A stretch of 64,000 nt of DNA from Malacoraja senta (GCA_038087875.1 JAXLNO010002254.1:62001-126000), one strand, 5' to 3'; shown: positions 1 through 12,491, numbered from the stretch's first letter. The notes: a model not told the origin generated them from the letters alone. A program made the numbers and translations.

Positions 1-960
1 CGGTACCCCACTAGTCACTGCCTGCCATTGTGAAAAGGACCCGTTTACTCCTACTCTTTGCTTCCTGTTTGCCAGCCAGTTCTCTATCCACATCAATACT
101 GAACCCCCAATGCCATGTGCTTTAAGTTTGTATACTAATCTCTTATGTGGGACCTTGTCGAAAGCCTTCTGGAAGTCCAGATACACCACATCCACTGGTT
201 CTCCCCTATCCACGCTACTAGTTACATCCTCGAAAAATTCTATAAGATTCGTCAGACATGATTTACCTTTCGTAAATCCATGCTGACTTTGTCCAATGAT
301 TTCACCACTTTCCAAATGTGCTGCTATCCCATCTTTAATAACCGACTCTAGCAGTTTCCCCACTACCGATGTTAGACTAACTGGTCTGTAATTCCCCGTT
401 TTCTCTCTCCCTCCCTTCTTAAAAAGTGGGGTTACGTTTGCTACCCGCCAATCCTCAGGAACTACTCCAGAATCTAAAGAATTTTGAAAGATTATTACTA
501 ATGCATCCACTATTTCTGGAGCTACTTCCTTAAGTACTCTGGGATGCAGCCTATCTGGCCCTGGGGATTTATCGGCCTTTAATCCATTCAATTTACCCAA
601 CACCACTTCCCGACTAACCTGGATTTCACTCAATTCCTCCAACTCCTTTGACCCGCGGTCCCCTGCTATTTCCGGCAGATTATTTATGTCTTCCTTAGTG
701 AAGACGGAACCAAAGTAGTTATTCAATTGGTCCGCCATATCCTTGTTCCCCATGATCAACTCACCTGTTTCTGACTGCAAGGGACCTACATTTGTTTTAA
801 CTAATCTCTTTCTTTTTACATATTTATAAAAACTTTTGCAGTCAGTTTTTATGTTCCCTGCCAGTTTTCTTTCATAATCTATTTTTCCTTTCCTAATTAA
901 GCCCTTTGTCCTCCTCTGCTGGTCTCTGAATTTCTCCCAGTCCTCTGGTATGCTGCTTTT
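1..960 (-). mobile_element. CR1 LINE ORF2 fragment (endonuclease-RT linker and RT), running off the left edge
   Basis: Its reverse complement matches the + strand CR1 at 10760-11540 (KSPGPD/LHPRVLKE, QHGF, DFxKAFDKV regions). Confidence 0.9.
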
Positions 961-1059
961 GAGTGAATTGAGTGAAATCCAGGTTAGTCGGGAAGTGGTG
1001 TTGGGTAAAAGTTCAGTGTGTCTATATACCATAGACCATATATATACACAATAAATAAA

Positions 1060-1860
1060 CATATAACGTGCAATAGGCTGTTATTGTTCAGAGTTTGTTT
1101 GATGTCGTGTTTAATAGCCTGATGTCTGTGGGGAAGAAGCTGTTCTTGAACCTGGATGTTCCAGATTTCAAGCTCCTGCACCTTCTTCCCGATGGCAATG
1201 GAGAGATGAGTGTGTGGCCAGGACGGTATGGGTCTTTGATGATGTTGGCAGCCATTTTGAGGCAGCGACTGCGATGGATCCCTTCGATGGTGGGGAGGTC
1301 AGAGCCGAAGATGGACTGAGCAGTGTTTACAACTTTCTTCATTCTTTTCCGCTCCTGGACGTTCAAGTTGCCGAACCAAGCCACGATGCAACCAGTCAGT
1401 TTGCTCTCTACTGTGCACATGTAGAATTTCGAGAGAGTCCACCATGACATACCATCTCTCCGTAATCTTCTCAGGAAGTAGAGGAGCTGATGTGCCTTCT
1501 TTATAATTGCATCAGTGTGCTGGGACCTGGAAAGATCTTTGGAAATATGCACCCTCAGGAATTTGAAGTTCTTGACCCTTTCCACCATATAAATTTGATA
1601 TAAATGGGATTGTGAGTCCCTATCCTACCCCTTCCAAAGTCCACAATCAGTTCCTTGGTTTTACTGGTGTTGAGGGCCAGGTTATTGTGCTGGCACCATT
1701 TGGTCAATCGGTCGATCTCACTAATATACTCTGACTCATCACCATCAGTGATTCGTCACACAACAGTGGTGTTGTCGGCGAACTTGATGATGGAGTTCGG
1801 ACTATGTCTGGCTACGCAGTCATGAGTATAGAGTGAGTACAGTAGAACAGTTTTCTTGTT
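1060..1860 (-). mobile_element. Rex1/Babar LINE, 3' fragment
   Basis: ORF 1088-1588 reads KFLRVHIS..HTDAIIKKAHQLLYFLRRLRR..FYMCTVESKLTGCIVAWFGN..LPSGRR, the typical Rex1/Babar C-terminal region. Confidence 0.85.
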
Positions 1861-2339
1861 TTTCAGTCATCAATATTCTCACTAGAATGGGCCATAAAAA
1901 GTACTTCCTGTGGAAAAAGTTCAGTAACTTGGGGGGAAAAAAGATTTAAACTAATTGGTCAACTAAATTGTAAAAGACAATGTGAAAAGAATACAAATGT
2001 GATCTATGAACTAGTTCAAAGAGCTGCCTTGCCTCAGGCACCATCCACTGAATGCTGCCGAGTGGTGTATTTGTGGAATACTTTGTAGGATTGCATGGAA
2101 TAAAAATATACATCAATCATAATTAATTTAAATGGCACAGAGGATGCCAGGTTTTATTTACACTCTATTTGGAGACACAGAACAATGCTGCACAAGGCAG
2201 GATGTACAGGAAGGAACTGCTGATGCTGGTTAAAACTCTCCAGTGAGTCCCTCAGCACGTACTCCTGCAGTCTGGAATGGACAGACAATGGTTTGGGTCA
2301 GACACTTCTTCAGACTGATTGTAATAGAAAGCTGAAAAA

Positions 2340-2790
2340 GAGATGTGGGGCTGGGACAAAGCCTGGCAAGTGATACAGGTGATAAGACACAAAAAGCTGG
2401 AGTAACTCAGCGGGACAGGCAGGATCTCTGGAGAGAAGGAAAGGGTGATGTTTCGGGTCGAGACCCTTCTTCAGACCCTTTGTCACCTTTTCACCTCTAG
2501 CCATTGCCACTTACTCCACCCGTCTATTTATCAAAATCTGTTCTCTAGTCGCACCAGCTTCTCGTTTTCACCCAACAAATAGCTTACAATGGCCTGTTTC
2601 CTTTATCATCGTTACTTTTTTGCATATCTTTCATTCATTGTTCTTTATCTCTCTACATCATTGTCTATATCTCTTGTTTCCCTGATCTCTAACTAGTCTG
2701 AAGAAGAATCTCGACCTGAAAAGTCACCCATTCCTTCTCTCCAGAGATGCTGCCTGTCCCACTGAGTTACTCCAGCATTTTATGTCTTAT
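2340..2790. mobile_element. Head-to-head pair of Penelope-type terminal-repeat fragments with hammerhead-like cores
   Basis: A - strand copy (tttcgggtcgagacccttcttcag, 2451-2474) and a degenerate + strand copy (ctgaagaagaatctcgacctgaaa, about 2698-2721), each followed by the shared gatgctgcc..gagttactccagcatt tail. Confidence 0.7.
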
Positions 2791-3049
2791 CACCTGGACA
2801 CTGAGAATGGCAGAAAAGTTTTTTGCCCTGTTCTTGTTTTGTATATATTTCATTATTCTGAATAATGTTTATTTTTGGATGGGATAAAATCCCTCCAAAT
2901 ATTACCTGACCTGCTGAGTCTCTGCAGCCCTTTGTGTTTTGCAGTGAATAGTATATATGATGTGGATATGAATATTGGTGGTTTGATTAGTAGGTTTGCA
3001 GATGACATGTACATTGAAGAAGGTTGTCTATGGATCCAGTGGGATACAG

Positions 3050-4180
3050 ATTAGCTAGAGAGCTGGATGGAGCAATAACAGAAGGAATGTAATCCAGACA
3101 TGTGTGAAGTTGTGCGTGTCGGCATGTCATGTTCTGGTAGGACATAAACGGTAAGAACCTGAGCGGTGTTAATATACAGCGAGTCCTTGGGTTGCAAGTT
3201 CATAGTTACCTGAAAACGCCGACAAGGGTAGACAGGAAAGCAAAAAATGCACTTTGGCATGTTTGTCCACTTAGACATAGAAACATATAAAATTGGTGCA
3301 GGAGTAGGCCATTTGGCCCTTCAAGCCAGCACCACCATTCAATATGGTCATGGCTGATCAACCAGAATCAGTACCCTGTTCCTGCTTTCTCCCCATATCC
3401 CTTGATTCCGTTAACCCTAAGAGCTAACTCTCTCTTGAATACATTCAGTGAATTGGTCTCCGCTGCCTTCTGTGGCAGAGAATTCCACAGATTCACAACA
3501 CTCTGGGTGAAAAGGTTTTTCCCCATCTCAATCCTAAATGGCCTACCCCTTATTCGTAAACTGTGACCCCTGGTTCTGGACTCCCCCAACATTGAGAATA
3601 TTTTTCCTGCATCTAGTCTGTCAAATCCCTTATTAGTTTTCTGTTTCTATCTGATCCCCTCTCATCCTTCTGAATTCCAGTGAATATAAGCCCAGTCGAT
3701 TCATTCTTGTATCATATGTCAGTCCTGCCATCCCGGGAATTAACCTGTTGAACTTTACTGCACTCCTTCAATAGCAAGAATGTCCTTCTTCAAACTAGGT
3801 GACCAAGACTGCACAAAATACTCCAGGTGCAGTCTCACCAAGGCCCTGTATAACTGAATAGACTCTGGCATCAAGTATAAGAGTTGAGAAATCAAACAAA
3901 ACATTGGTTAGGCTGCACATGGAGTGTTGTGTAGAGTTCTGGTCGCTCCTCTACTAACATTACTGTGCGGGGATCACTGGTCGGCGTGGGCCGAAGGGCC
4001 TGTTTCTGCAATGTATCTCTAAACTAAAAAGGATGTGATGGCATCAAAAGTAGTGCAGAAGGGTTTTGCGAGGTTGTTGCCTGGAATAGAGGTCTGGTGT
4101 TATGTGAAGAGATTGGGTAGGCTGCATTTATTCTCACTAGAATGCAGGAGTGAAATAATGAGGGCTATAGATAGTGTCAG
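3050..4180. mobile_element. Mosaic of degenerate CR1 3' fragments in both orientations plus a SINE tail
   Basis: ORF 3368-3592 (-) reads ESRTRGHSLRIRGRPF..NLWNSLP; adjacent + strand pieces are similar to CR1 VRPHLEYCVQFW. Confidence 0.75.
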
Positions 4181-4610
4181 AAGGAACTGCAGATGCTGGT
4201 TTAAACAGAAGAAAGACACAAAAAGCTGGAGTAACTCAGTGAGACAGGAAGCATCACTGGAGAGAAGGAATAGGTGATATTTTGGGTTGAGTCCCTTCTT
4301 CAGGAAGGATCTACAGATGCTGGTTTACACCGAAGACAGATGTAAAATGCTGGAGTAACTCAGTGGGACAGGCAGCATCACTGGAGAGAAGGAATGGGTG
4401 ACATTTCGGGTCGACATCCTTCTTCAGGAAGGATTAACAGATGTTGGTTTACACCGAAGACAGACATAAAATGCTGGAGTAACTCAGCAGGACAGGCAGC
4501 ATCTTTGGAGGGAAGGAATGAGTGACGTTTCTAAACATCATCCATTCCTTCTCTCCAGAAATACTGCCTGCCCTGCTGAGTTACTCCAGCATTTTGTGTC
4601 TATCTTTGGG
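4181..4610 (-). repeat. Three head-to-tail 124-bp hammerhead-bearing units followed by an inverted partial unit
   Basis: Units 4181-4303, 4304-4427 and 4428-about 4535. The first two end in cttcttcag (CTGAAGAAG on -); the third is cut off before the core. An inverted tail lies at about 4540-4610. Confidence 0.8.
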
Positions 4611-5059
4611 GTATAGATAGGATAGAGAGTAACTGTCTCTTTTCCAGGGCAGTGGAGACTAGAACTGGAGGTTTAAGGTGATGGGAGAGAAATGTCAAGG
4701 GGATCTGAGCAGACGTTTCTCACTGCAGTAGTTATCTGGAATGAGCTGCAGGGGAGATGGTAGAGGCAGATATAATCACAATGTCTATAAAGCATTTGGA
4801 CTTTTGGTAGGAAAGTCAGGGAGGGATATGTGCGTAATTCATGTAATTGTAGATAAACATCTCGGTCAGCATAAACAAGTTTGGGCAAATGGGCCTGTTT
4901 ATATGCTGCAGGATTCAGTTTATTTTAAGATTCTTTCTGTGGTTTTCATGTTGCTATCTCTATTAGCCAGAATAAGCACTGAAAATGGCTCAAGCAGTCT
5001 ACACCAGAGAGAACACTGCGTGAACCAAAGAAAGTGAGATATGTAAAATAGGTTCTTTA

Positions 5060-5385
5060 GTTTTTTAATTTAGATACACAGCGCGGAAACAGGCCTTTCG
5101 GCCCACCGAGTCTGCACCGACCAGCGACTAACCCGCACACCAACACTATCCTATGCACACGAGGGACAATTTGACACATGCATCAATCCAATTAACCTAC
5201 ATTCCTGCACGTCTTTGGAGTGTGGGAGGAAATCGAAGATCTCAGCGAAAATCCACGCAGGTCACGGGGATAACGTACTAACTCCGTACAGACAGCACCC
5301 ATAGTCAGGATTGAAACCGGGTCTCTGGCACTGCAAACACTGTAAGGCAGCAACTCTACCACTGTGCCACTGTGCCGCCCTTATT
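5060..5385 (-). mobile_element. tRNA-derived SINE (HE1/V-SINE-like)
   Basis: Reverse complement of the copy at 6234-6530; A/B-box head, ggtttcctcccaca core and ctaaa-type tail. Confidence 0.8.
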
Positions 5386-6233
5386 GGTAACTTTGTGTGA
5401 TCTTATTTTGTTAGGATGCAAATTCTATGGGAACGCTTTCTCAAAGAGATAGATAATGATGTAGAAACAATGAACTGCAGATGCTTGTTTGTACCAAAGA
5501 GAGTCACAAAGTGCTGGAGTAACTCAACGGGTCAGATGTGTTCTACAGCATCTCTGTAGATAAAGGATGGGTGATGCTGGGTGAAGCTTCAGGTTGGGAT
5601 CCTTCTTCAGACTGATGTATCGGGTTGGGACCCTTCTTCAGACTAACCCTGCTTGAGACTGAAGTAGGGTCCCGACACGAAGTGTCATCCAGCCTTTTTC
5701 TCCAGAGATGCTGCCGGTCTCGCTGAGTTACTTTAGCACTCTGTGTCTAAGGTTGATAATGAGTTGTTCAATCCTGATTTTTTGTGATGTTAATTTCTGC
5801 ATGTTCACAGGGCAGACTGTGAGAGTAAACAGTTGAAAAACTAGTCTAGCAGGAAATGTGTGGTATTTGAGTAAGTGTGAATGTGGGGCCTCTCCAGTGA
5901 GACGATAGGGGAACTCCCTGACAAAGGGAGATGTGGTGAACAAGTCACCAGGAGGTCATATCAAAGCAGAAGTTAAATGTTACATTGATATTTTTAGAGT
6001 CTGCTCTTGATGTACTGGCATGATGCAATCCGATTTGGACAACTTACTGTATATTGCAGCTCAAAATGATATAGAGATATAGCATTGGAACAGTGTTTAA
6101 GAAGGAACTGCAGATGCTGGAAAAATCAAAGGTACACAAAAATACTGGAGAAACTCAGCGGGTGCAGCAGCATCTATGGAGCGAAGGAAATAGGCAAAGT
6201 TTCGGGCCGAAACCCTTCTTCAGACTTCAGTCA

Positions 6234-6530
6234 CGGCACGGTGGGGCAGCGGTAGAGTTGCTGCCTTAAAGTGTCAGAGCCCCGGGTCCGATCCTGACTA
6301 TGGCTGCTGTCTGTACGGAGTTTGTACATTCTCCCCATGACCAGTGGGTTTTCGCCAAGATCTTCGGTTTCCTCCCACACTCCAAAGACGTACAGGTTTG
6401 TAGGTTAATAGGCTTGATATAAATGTAAATTGTCCTTCGTGTGTAGGATAGTGTTAATGTGCGGGGATCTGTGCCGACTCGTGCTGAAGGGCCTGTTTCC
6501 ACACTGTATCTCTAAACTAAACTAAAATAA
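6234..6530 (+). mobile_element. tRNA-derived SINE (HE1/V-SINE-like), near full length; representative of about 15 copies (others near 7230, 8045, 9900, 16025, 26165, 28690, 33620, 34020, 35205, 42010, 60675, 62555)
   Basis: ggcacggtggggcagcggtagagttgctgcc A-box, B-box-like ggtccgatcc, central ttcggtttcctcccacactccaaagacg, and a 3' ctgtatctctaaactaaactaaa tail. The family name comes from recall, not a search. Confidence 0.8.
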
Positions 6531-6902
6531 TCTAAGTAAGCTTGACATCTAGAATAATGTACAGCATAGAAACAGGCCCTTCAGCCCAGCTTATCTATGC
6601 CAGCCAAGATGCCCCATCTACCCTTGACCCACCTATCTATATTTTAGCTTAGTTTAATTTATTATTAATGTCACGTGTACTGTTTTGCAGTGAAAATGTT
6701 TCTTGTGTGCTATCCAGTCAGTGAAAAGACTACATTACAATGAAGCCGTCATTGTAATGTTATCTATAGATACAGGGTAAATGATATCATGTTTAGTGCA
6801 ATGTAAATCCGATTGGTGCTTTGCCGATTTCCCTCCAAACCTTTCCTATCCATAGAAATGTCTATTACTTGACAATAATTGTATTATTGTCTTTGTGTCT
6901 AG

Positions 6903-7163
6903 AGCCTCACACACTGATCTACTACTACACCCTGAACCACGGGAGTACTCATCTACCAGAATATAGTGTTGTGGGTGTTCTGGACGGTTGTGAGATACAG
7001 TATTATGACAAAAACATGGTCATTACAGTTCCAAGACAGAAATGGATGGCGGCTGCATTTGACAGGAATTACTGGGTAACAAATACGGTCTCTGAAACTG
7101 GTTTCCATGGAATCATCAAAGGGCAAGTCGATGAATGGATGCAGAGGCAGAACGAAACAGCAA
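6903..7163 (+). CDS. MHC class I heavy chain, alpha1 exon
   Basis: Acceptor ttgtgtctAG at 6901-6902 and donor GTtagt at 7164; 261 nt, phase 1/1. Reads (E)PHTLIYYYT..PEYSVVGVLDGCEIQYYD..VPRQKWM..YW..RQNET, with H3, Y7, Y59-W60, R84 and the N86 glycosylation site. Confidence 0.93.
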
Positions 7164-8929
7164 GTTAGTTCATTCATTTCAATACAATTGGAGTGTGATC
7201 AATGTTCATAAAAAAACATCTCAAAGAAATTTCTCGCTGTGCCAGAGACCCAGGTTTGATCCCGACTACATGTTTTCCCTGTGAACACAGATATTTCCTC
7301 CAGGTGCTCCGGTTTCATCCCATATCTTGAAAACGTGAGAGTTTGTAGGTTAATTGGGCTCTGTAAATTACTCTTGTGTGCTGAGAATGGGTGAGGAAAG
7401 TGGGATTACATAGATGTGTAGGAAGGAACTGAAGATGCTGGTTTACAGCAAAGATAGGCACAATGTGCTGGAGTAACTCAGCGGGACAGGCAGCATCTTT
7501 GGATACAAGGAATGGATGACTTTTCAGGTCAAGACCCTTCCTCAGACAGAGTGTTTCCCCTGACTTACTCCAGCATTTTGTGTCCATTTTGGGATAACAT
7601 AGAACTAGTGTGAAAGATGATCGATGGTTGGCATGGAATTGGTGGGCAGAATGGCCCGTTTCCATGCTGAGTTACTAACCTAAGAACTGCAGATGCTGCA
7701 AATGTGAAATAAAAACCAAAAATGCCATTGTCTGATGGCTTCATTGTCAGTTTATCACCATGGAAACCTGTCATTACCGTATTAGTGATACCCGCTATGT
7801 CCAACCATGCCTCCCACTCCTGTCTGTAACTTACACATTCTCACAATTCTGAAGCATTAATTTTGTTTCTCTTTCCATAGGTTCTGTTGAACCTGCTGTG
7901 TGTTCCAGCATTTTACAAATCATTAAAATGTTGGTGGCTTTTTGAATGGTTAAAATCCCTTGCGTACCTCACCAATTGTTTTTACTTTTATTGACAAATT
8001 TTGAATGAAATGTTGTGTGAAATATTTAAAGGATAACCTAAATGGCATTGTGGTTCAGCCGTAGTGATGGTGCCGTAGTGCCAGAGACCCAGGGTTGATC
8101 CTGGCCTCAGGTGCTGTCTGTACATAGTTTGTACGTACTCCCCGTGACCTGCGTGGGATTTCCCCGGATGCTCCGGTTTCCTCCCACACTCCAAGCCTGT
8201 ATGCCAAAGGGGATCACTGGTCACTGTGGACTCTAAGGGCTGTTTTCGTGCTATATCTCTAAATTATCTTGGGCACCAATTGTAAAGTAAGCTGTCCAAA
8301 TCCATCTGCACCACACTTGTATATCCATATAAGTTGCAATTGGACATGTTTTATATTGTAAATCAATAAGTCCTATCACCATTACTGTGTTAATTCAATG
8401 ACATTCGTAGTGTACCATTGAACAAAGCAGGACCAGGCGTGGGGGAACCATGGTGAGGTGGGGGACAAAGGAGGACCTGGTGTGGGAGACTTTCTAACTT
8501 TGTCGGTGCCCTTTATGTGAAGAATCTTGACATACGTTGGGTTTACAAAACAAAGACTTTCACTGTGACTTGTCACATGTCACAATAAAGTATCATTCAT
8601 TCATGATTAATTATTGCTGAAAACATTGCTTTTTGTTACCTCTTCGGTTACACATTAAACAAATTATATTATTAATCTTTAACTGGACTAAAACAGGGTG
8701 AGGGTACAAACAGGGAACAATACATCAAAATATTATGCACTGGGCATAATTTCTATCAATTTTCCACATCTTGCAATATTTATTATTATTTTCAAATTAT
8801 ATGTGAATACATGTGAATGACGTTTATTACATTATCATCTGATTCATTGAACCATGTTTATTGAATCATATTGCCTTCAAAAATAATTTTTATATTTGCA
8901 TTATTTATGGTGCGCTTATTATCTGCAAC

Positions 8930-9890
8930 ATTGTTATGTTTATGAGATTTATGAGCATATTGTCGGGGCTCAAGGGTGTGAACAAGAGGGAGAGATTGGG
9001 CAAGCCAGGGCTTTATTCCATGGAGCACAGGAGGCTGAGGGGTGTCATATAGGGGTGCTTAAAATCATGAGGGGAATTGATAGATGTATGCCCAGAGCCT
9101 TTTACCCAGAGAAGGAGAATCAAATAACCAGAGGACATGGGTTTAATGTGAGAGGGGGAAGATTTAATTGGAACTTGGGACAATCTTTGTGCTCAGAGAG
9201 TGGTCAGCATATGGAATGACCTGCCAGAGAATGGAGTTGCGGCAGGTACAATAACAATATTTAATAGACACATGGACAGGGACATGCATAGGTAGATATA
9301 AATGCTGGAGAAACTCAGCGGGTGAGGCAGCATCTCTGGAGCGAAGGAAATAGGCAACGTTTAGGGCCGAAAACCCTTCTTCAGACTGATGTGAGGGTGG
9401 GGGGAATGGGGGGGGGCAGGAAGAAGAAAGGAAGAGGTGGAGTCAGTGGGCTGAGGGAGAGCTGAGAAGGGGAGGAGAAAGTAGGGACTACCTGAAATTA
9501 GAGGTCAATGTTCATACCGCTGGGGTGTAAACTGCCCAAGCGAAATATGAGGTGCTGCTCCTCCAATTTACGGCGGTCCTCACTCTGGCCATGGAGGAGG
9601 CCGAGGGTAGAAAGGTCGGATTTGGAATGGGAGGGGGGAGTTGAAGTGCTGATCCACAGGGAGATGAGGTTGGTTGTTGCGAACCGAGCGGAGGCGTTTG
9701 GCGAAACGATCGCCAAGCCTGCGCTTGGTCTCACCGATGTAGAGCAGCTGACATCTAGAGAGAAACGTTTTGAATGATGTCTACCGATTCCAGGGTAAAT
9801 GGGACTAGCTTAAATGGGGTATCTTGATTAGCATGGACAAGTTGGGCCAAAGGGCTTGTTTCCCTGCTGTGTGACTCTCTATGACTGCTT
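8930..9890 (+). mobile_element. Degenerate CR1 3' fragment interrupted by a Penelope fragment
   Basis: ERLGKPGLYSMEHRRLRG..TRGHGF..QRVVSIWNDLP in shifted frames; the CR1 tail resumes at about 9775 after the insert. Confidence 0.75.
9295..9770 (-). mobile_element. Penelope-like element 3' fragment (GIY-YIG endonuclease end plus hammerhead-bearing terminal repeat)
   Basis: - strand QLLYIGETKRRLGDRFA..QHFNSPSH..KLEEQHLIFRLGSLHPSGMNID, followed by cagtctgaagaagggttttcggccctaaacgttgcc at about 9355-9387. Confidence 0.85.
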
Positions 9891-10689
9891 TATAGCAAAG
9901 AGCGCTGCTGCCTCACAGCGCCAGTGATCCGGGTTCAATCATCTCCAGTGCAGTCTGTGTGGAGTATAAGCATTCTCCCTGTGACAATGTTTGTTCTCCA
10001 GTTTCCTCCCACATACCAAAATGTGCTGAATTAGTAGATTAAGCCACCGCTGCAAATAGAGGTGGATTTGTGGCATTGATAGAAATGAGGAAGATCCGTT
10101 TTGGGGCAAATTAGTGTTGGAATAATTTTGTTCTCTGGGTAAAAGGCTCTGGGCATACACTCTATCAATTCCCCTCATGATTTTAAGCACCCCTATATGA
10201 TCACCCCTCAGCCTCCTGAGTGGGCTCAGGAGGCTGAAAGACCTCTTTCTCTGTCACATGGAATTATGGGCAGTTATTTATCCTTGAATTGCCTTCTTTC
10301 TCATTTTAGTCAACAATGTAAAATTGAACTAATTGTCTGGATTGAACTATTTAACAATTGTAGATGAAAAGAAGAGCAGAGGCTGCTTTCCTCCAGACAC
10401 AAAGTGCTGAGGAACTCAACGGGTCAAGCGGCATCTTTGGAGAACATGGGAAGGCAGATATTTCGGGTGAGGATCCTACTTCAGACTGAAGTTGGGTCAC
10501 ATTAGAACATGCTTTGTACTCACACTCGCAGTCCAGTGTTAGTTTTCAAGGATTTTTTGTTATTCACAGCTTGTAGTTGTTACATATTCAGCAGAGAGAA
10601 GACGAGACAAACTAAAGCACCTGCAAAACTCAACTAAAAGACCGCAGAAAGAAGCTTGAAAAGAAGGCTCTTATCTAAACAACGTACTT

Positions 10690-12491
10690 TCAAGAGAGAG
10701 TTAGATTTAGCTCTTAAGGCTAAAGGAATCAAGGGATATGGGGGAAAAGATTAGTTAAAACAAATGTAGGTCCCTTGCAGTCAGAAACAGGTGAATTGAT
10801 CATGGAGAACAAGGACATGGCAGACCAATTGAATAACTACTTTGGTTCTGTCTTCACTAAGGAAGACTTAATTAACTGCCGGAAATAGCAGGGGACCGGG
10901 GGTCAAATGAGATGGAGGAACTGAGTGAAATCCAGGTAGCCGGGAAGTGGTGTTAGGTAAATTGAATGGATTAAAGGCCGATAAATCCCCAGGGCCAGAT
11001 AGGCTGCATCCCAGAGTACTTAAGGAAGTAGCCCCAGAAATAGTGGATGCATTAGTGATAATTTTTCAAAACTCTTTAGATTCTGGAGTAGTTCCTGAGG
11101 ATTGGAGGGTAGCTAATGTAACCCCGCTTTTTAAAAAGGGAGGGAGAGAGAAAACGGGGATTACAGGCCAGTTAGTCTAACATCGGTAGTGGGGAAACTG
11201 CTAGAGTCAGTTATTAAAGATGGGATAGCAGCACATTAGGAAAATGGTGAAATCATTGGACAAAGTCAGCATGGATTTATGAAAGGTAAATCATGTCTGA
11301 CGAATCTTATAGAATTTTTCGAGGATGTAACTAGTAGAGGGAGAACCAGTGGATGTGTTATATCTGGACTTTCAGAAGACTTTCGACAAGGTCCCACATT
11401 AGAGATTAATATACAAACTTAAAGCACACGGTTATGGGGGTTCAGTATTGATGTGGATAGAGAACTGGCTGGCAGACAGGAAGCAAAGAGTAGGAGTAAA
11501 CGCGTCCTTTTCAGAATGGCAGTCAGTGACTAGTGGGGCACCGCAAGGCTGAGTGCTGGGACCCCAGCTATTTACAATATATATTAATGATTTGGACGAG
11601 GGAATCGAATGCAACATCTCCAAGTTTGCGGATGACACGAAGCTGGGGGGCAGTGTTAGCTGTGAGGAGGGTGCTAGGAGGCTGCAAGGTGACTTGGATA
11701 GGCTGGGTGAGTGGGCAAATGCAAGGCAGGTGCAGTATAATGTTGATAAATGTGTCCACTTTGGTGGCAAAAACAGGAAAGTAGACTATTACCTGAATGG
11801 TGGCCGATTAGGAAAAGGGGAGATGCAACGAGACCTGGGTGTCATGGTACACCAGTCATTGAAAGTAGGCATGCAGGTTCAGCAGGCAGTGAAGAAAGCG
11901 AATGGTATGTTAGCATTCATAGCAAAAGGATTTGAGTATAGGAGCAGGGAGGTTCTACTGCAGGTACACAAAATTGCTGGAGAAACTCAGCGGGTGCAGC
12001 AGCATCTATGGAGCGAAGGAAATAGGCAACGTTTCGGGCCGAAACCCTTCTTCAGACTGCAGTTCTACTGCAGTTGTTCAGGGTCTTGGTGAGACCACAC
12101 CTGGAGTATTGTCTACAGTTTTGGTCTCCTAATCTGAGGAAGGACATTCTTGCCATAGAGGGAGTACAGAGAAGGTTCACCAGACTGGTTCCTGGGATGT
12201 CAGGACTTTCATATGAAGAAAGACTGGATAGACTCGGCTTGTACTCGCTAGAATTTAGAAGATTGAGGGGGGATCTTATAGAAACTTACAAAATTCTTAA
12301 GGGGTTGGACAGGCTAGATGCAGGAAGATTGTTCCCGATGTTGGGGAAGTCCAGAACAAGGGGTCACAGTTTAAGGATAAAGGGGAAATCTTTTAGGACT
12401 GAGATGAGAAAAACATTTTTTACACAGAGAGTGGTGAATCTCTGGAATTCTCTGCCACAGAATGTAGTTGAGGCCAGTTCATTGGCTATAT
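10690..12491 (+). mobile_element. CR1 LINE RT fragment with frameshifts; its 3' tail continues at 14203-14500 after an L1 insertion
   Basis: ORFs 10947, 11553 and 12074: KSPGPD, PEDWRVANVTPLFKKG, LGPQLFTIYINDLD, KFADDTK, VRPHLEYC, RTRGHSLR. Confidence 0.92.
11964..12061 (-). mobile_element. 98-bp hammerhead-bearing insert with a 12-bp target-site duplication
   Basis: gttctactgcag at both 11952-11963 and 12062-12073; removing the insert restores CR1 EVLLQL. The insert has an intact CTGAAGA-AGGGTTTCGGCCC-GAAA-CGTT core on -. Confidence 0.85.

Noticed and set aside
2807-2887. MAEKFFALFLFCIYFIILNN.. as the class I leader exon
   Set aside because: No credible phase-1 GT donor; T-rich sequence gives hydrophobic translations by chance.
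6821-6902. Hydrophobic N-terminus of ORF 6821 (VYYLTIIVLLSLCL) as a signal peptide fused to alpha1
   Set aside because: The ORF starts at TTG with no in-frame ATG; the stretch is the T-rich polypyrimidine tract before a canonical phase-1 acceptor.
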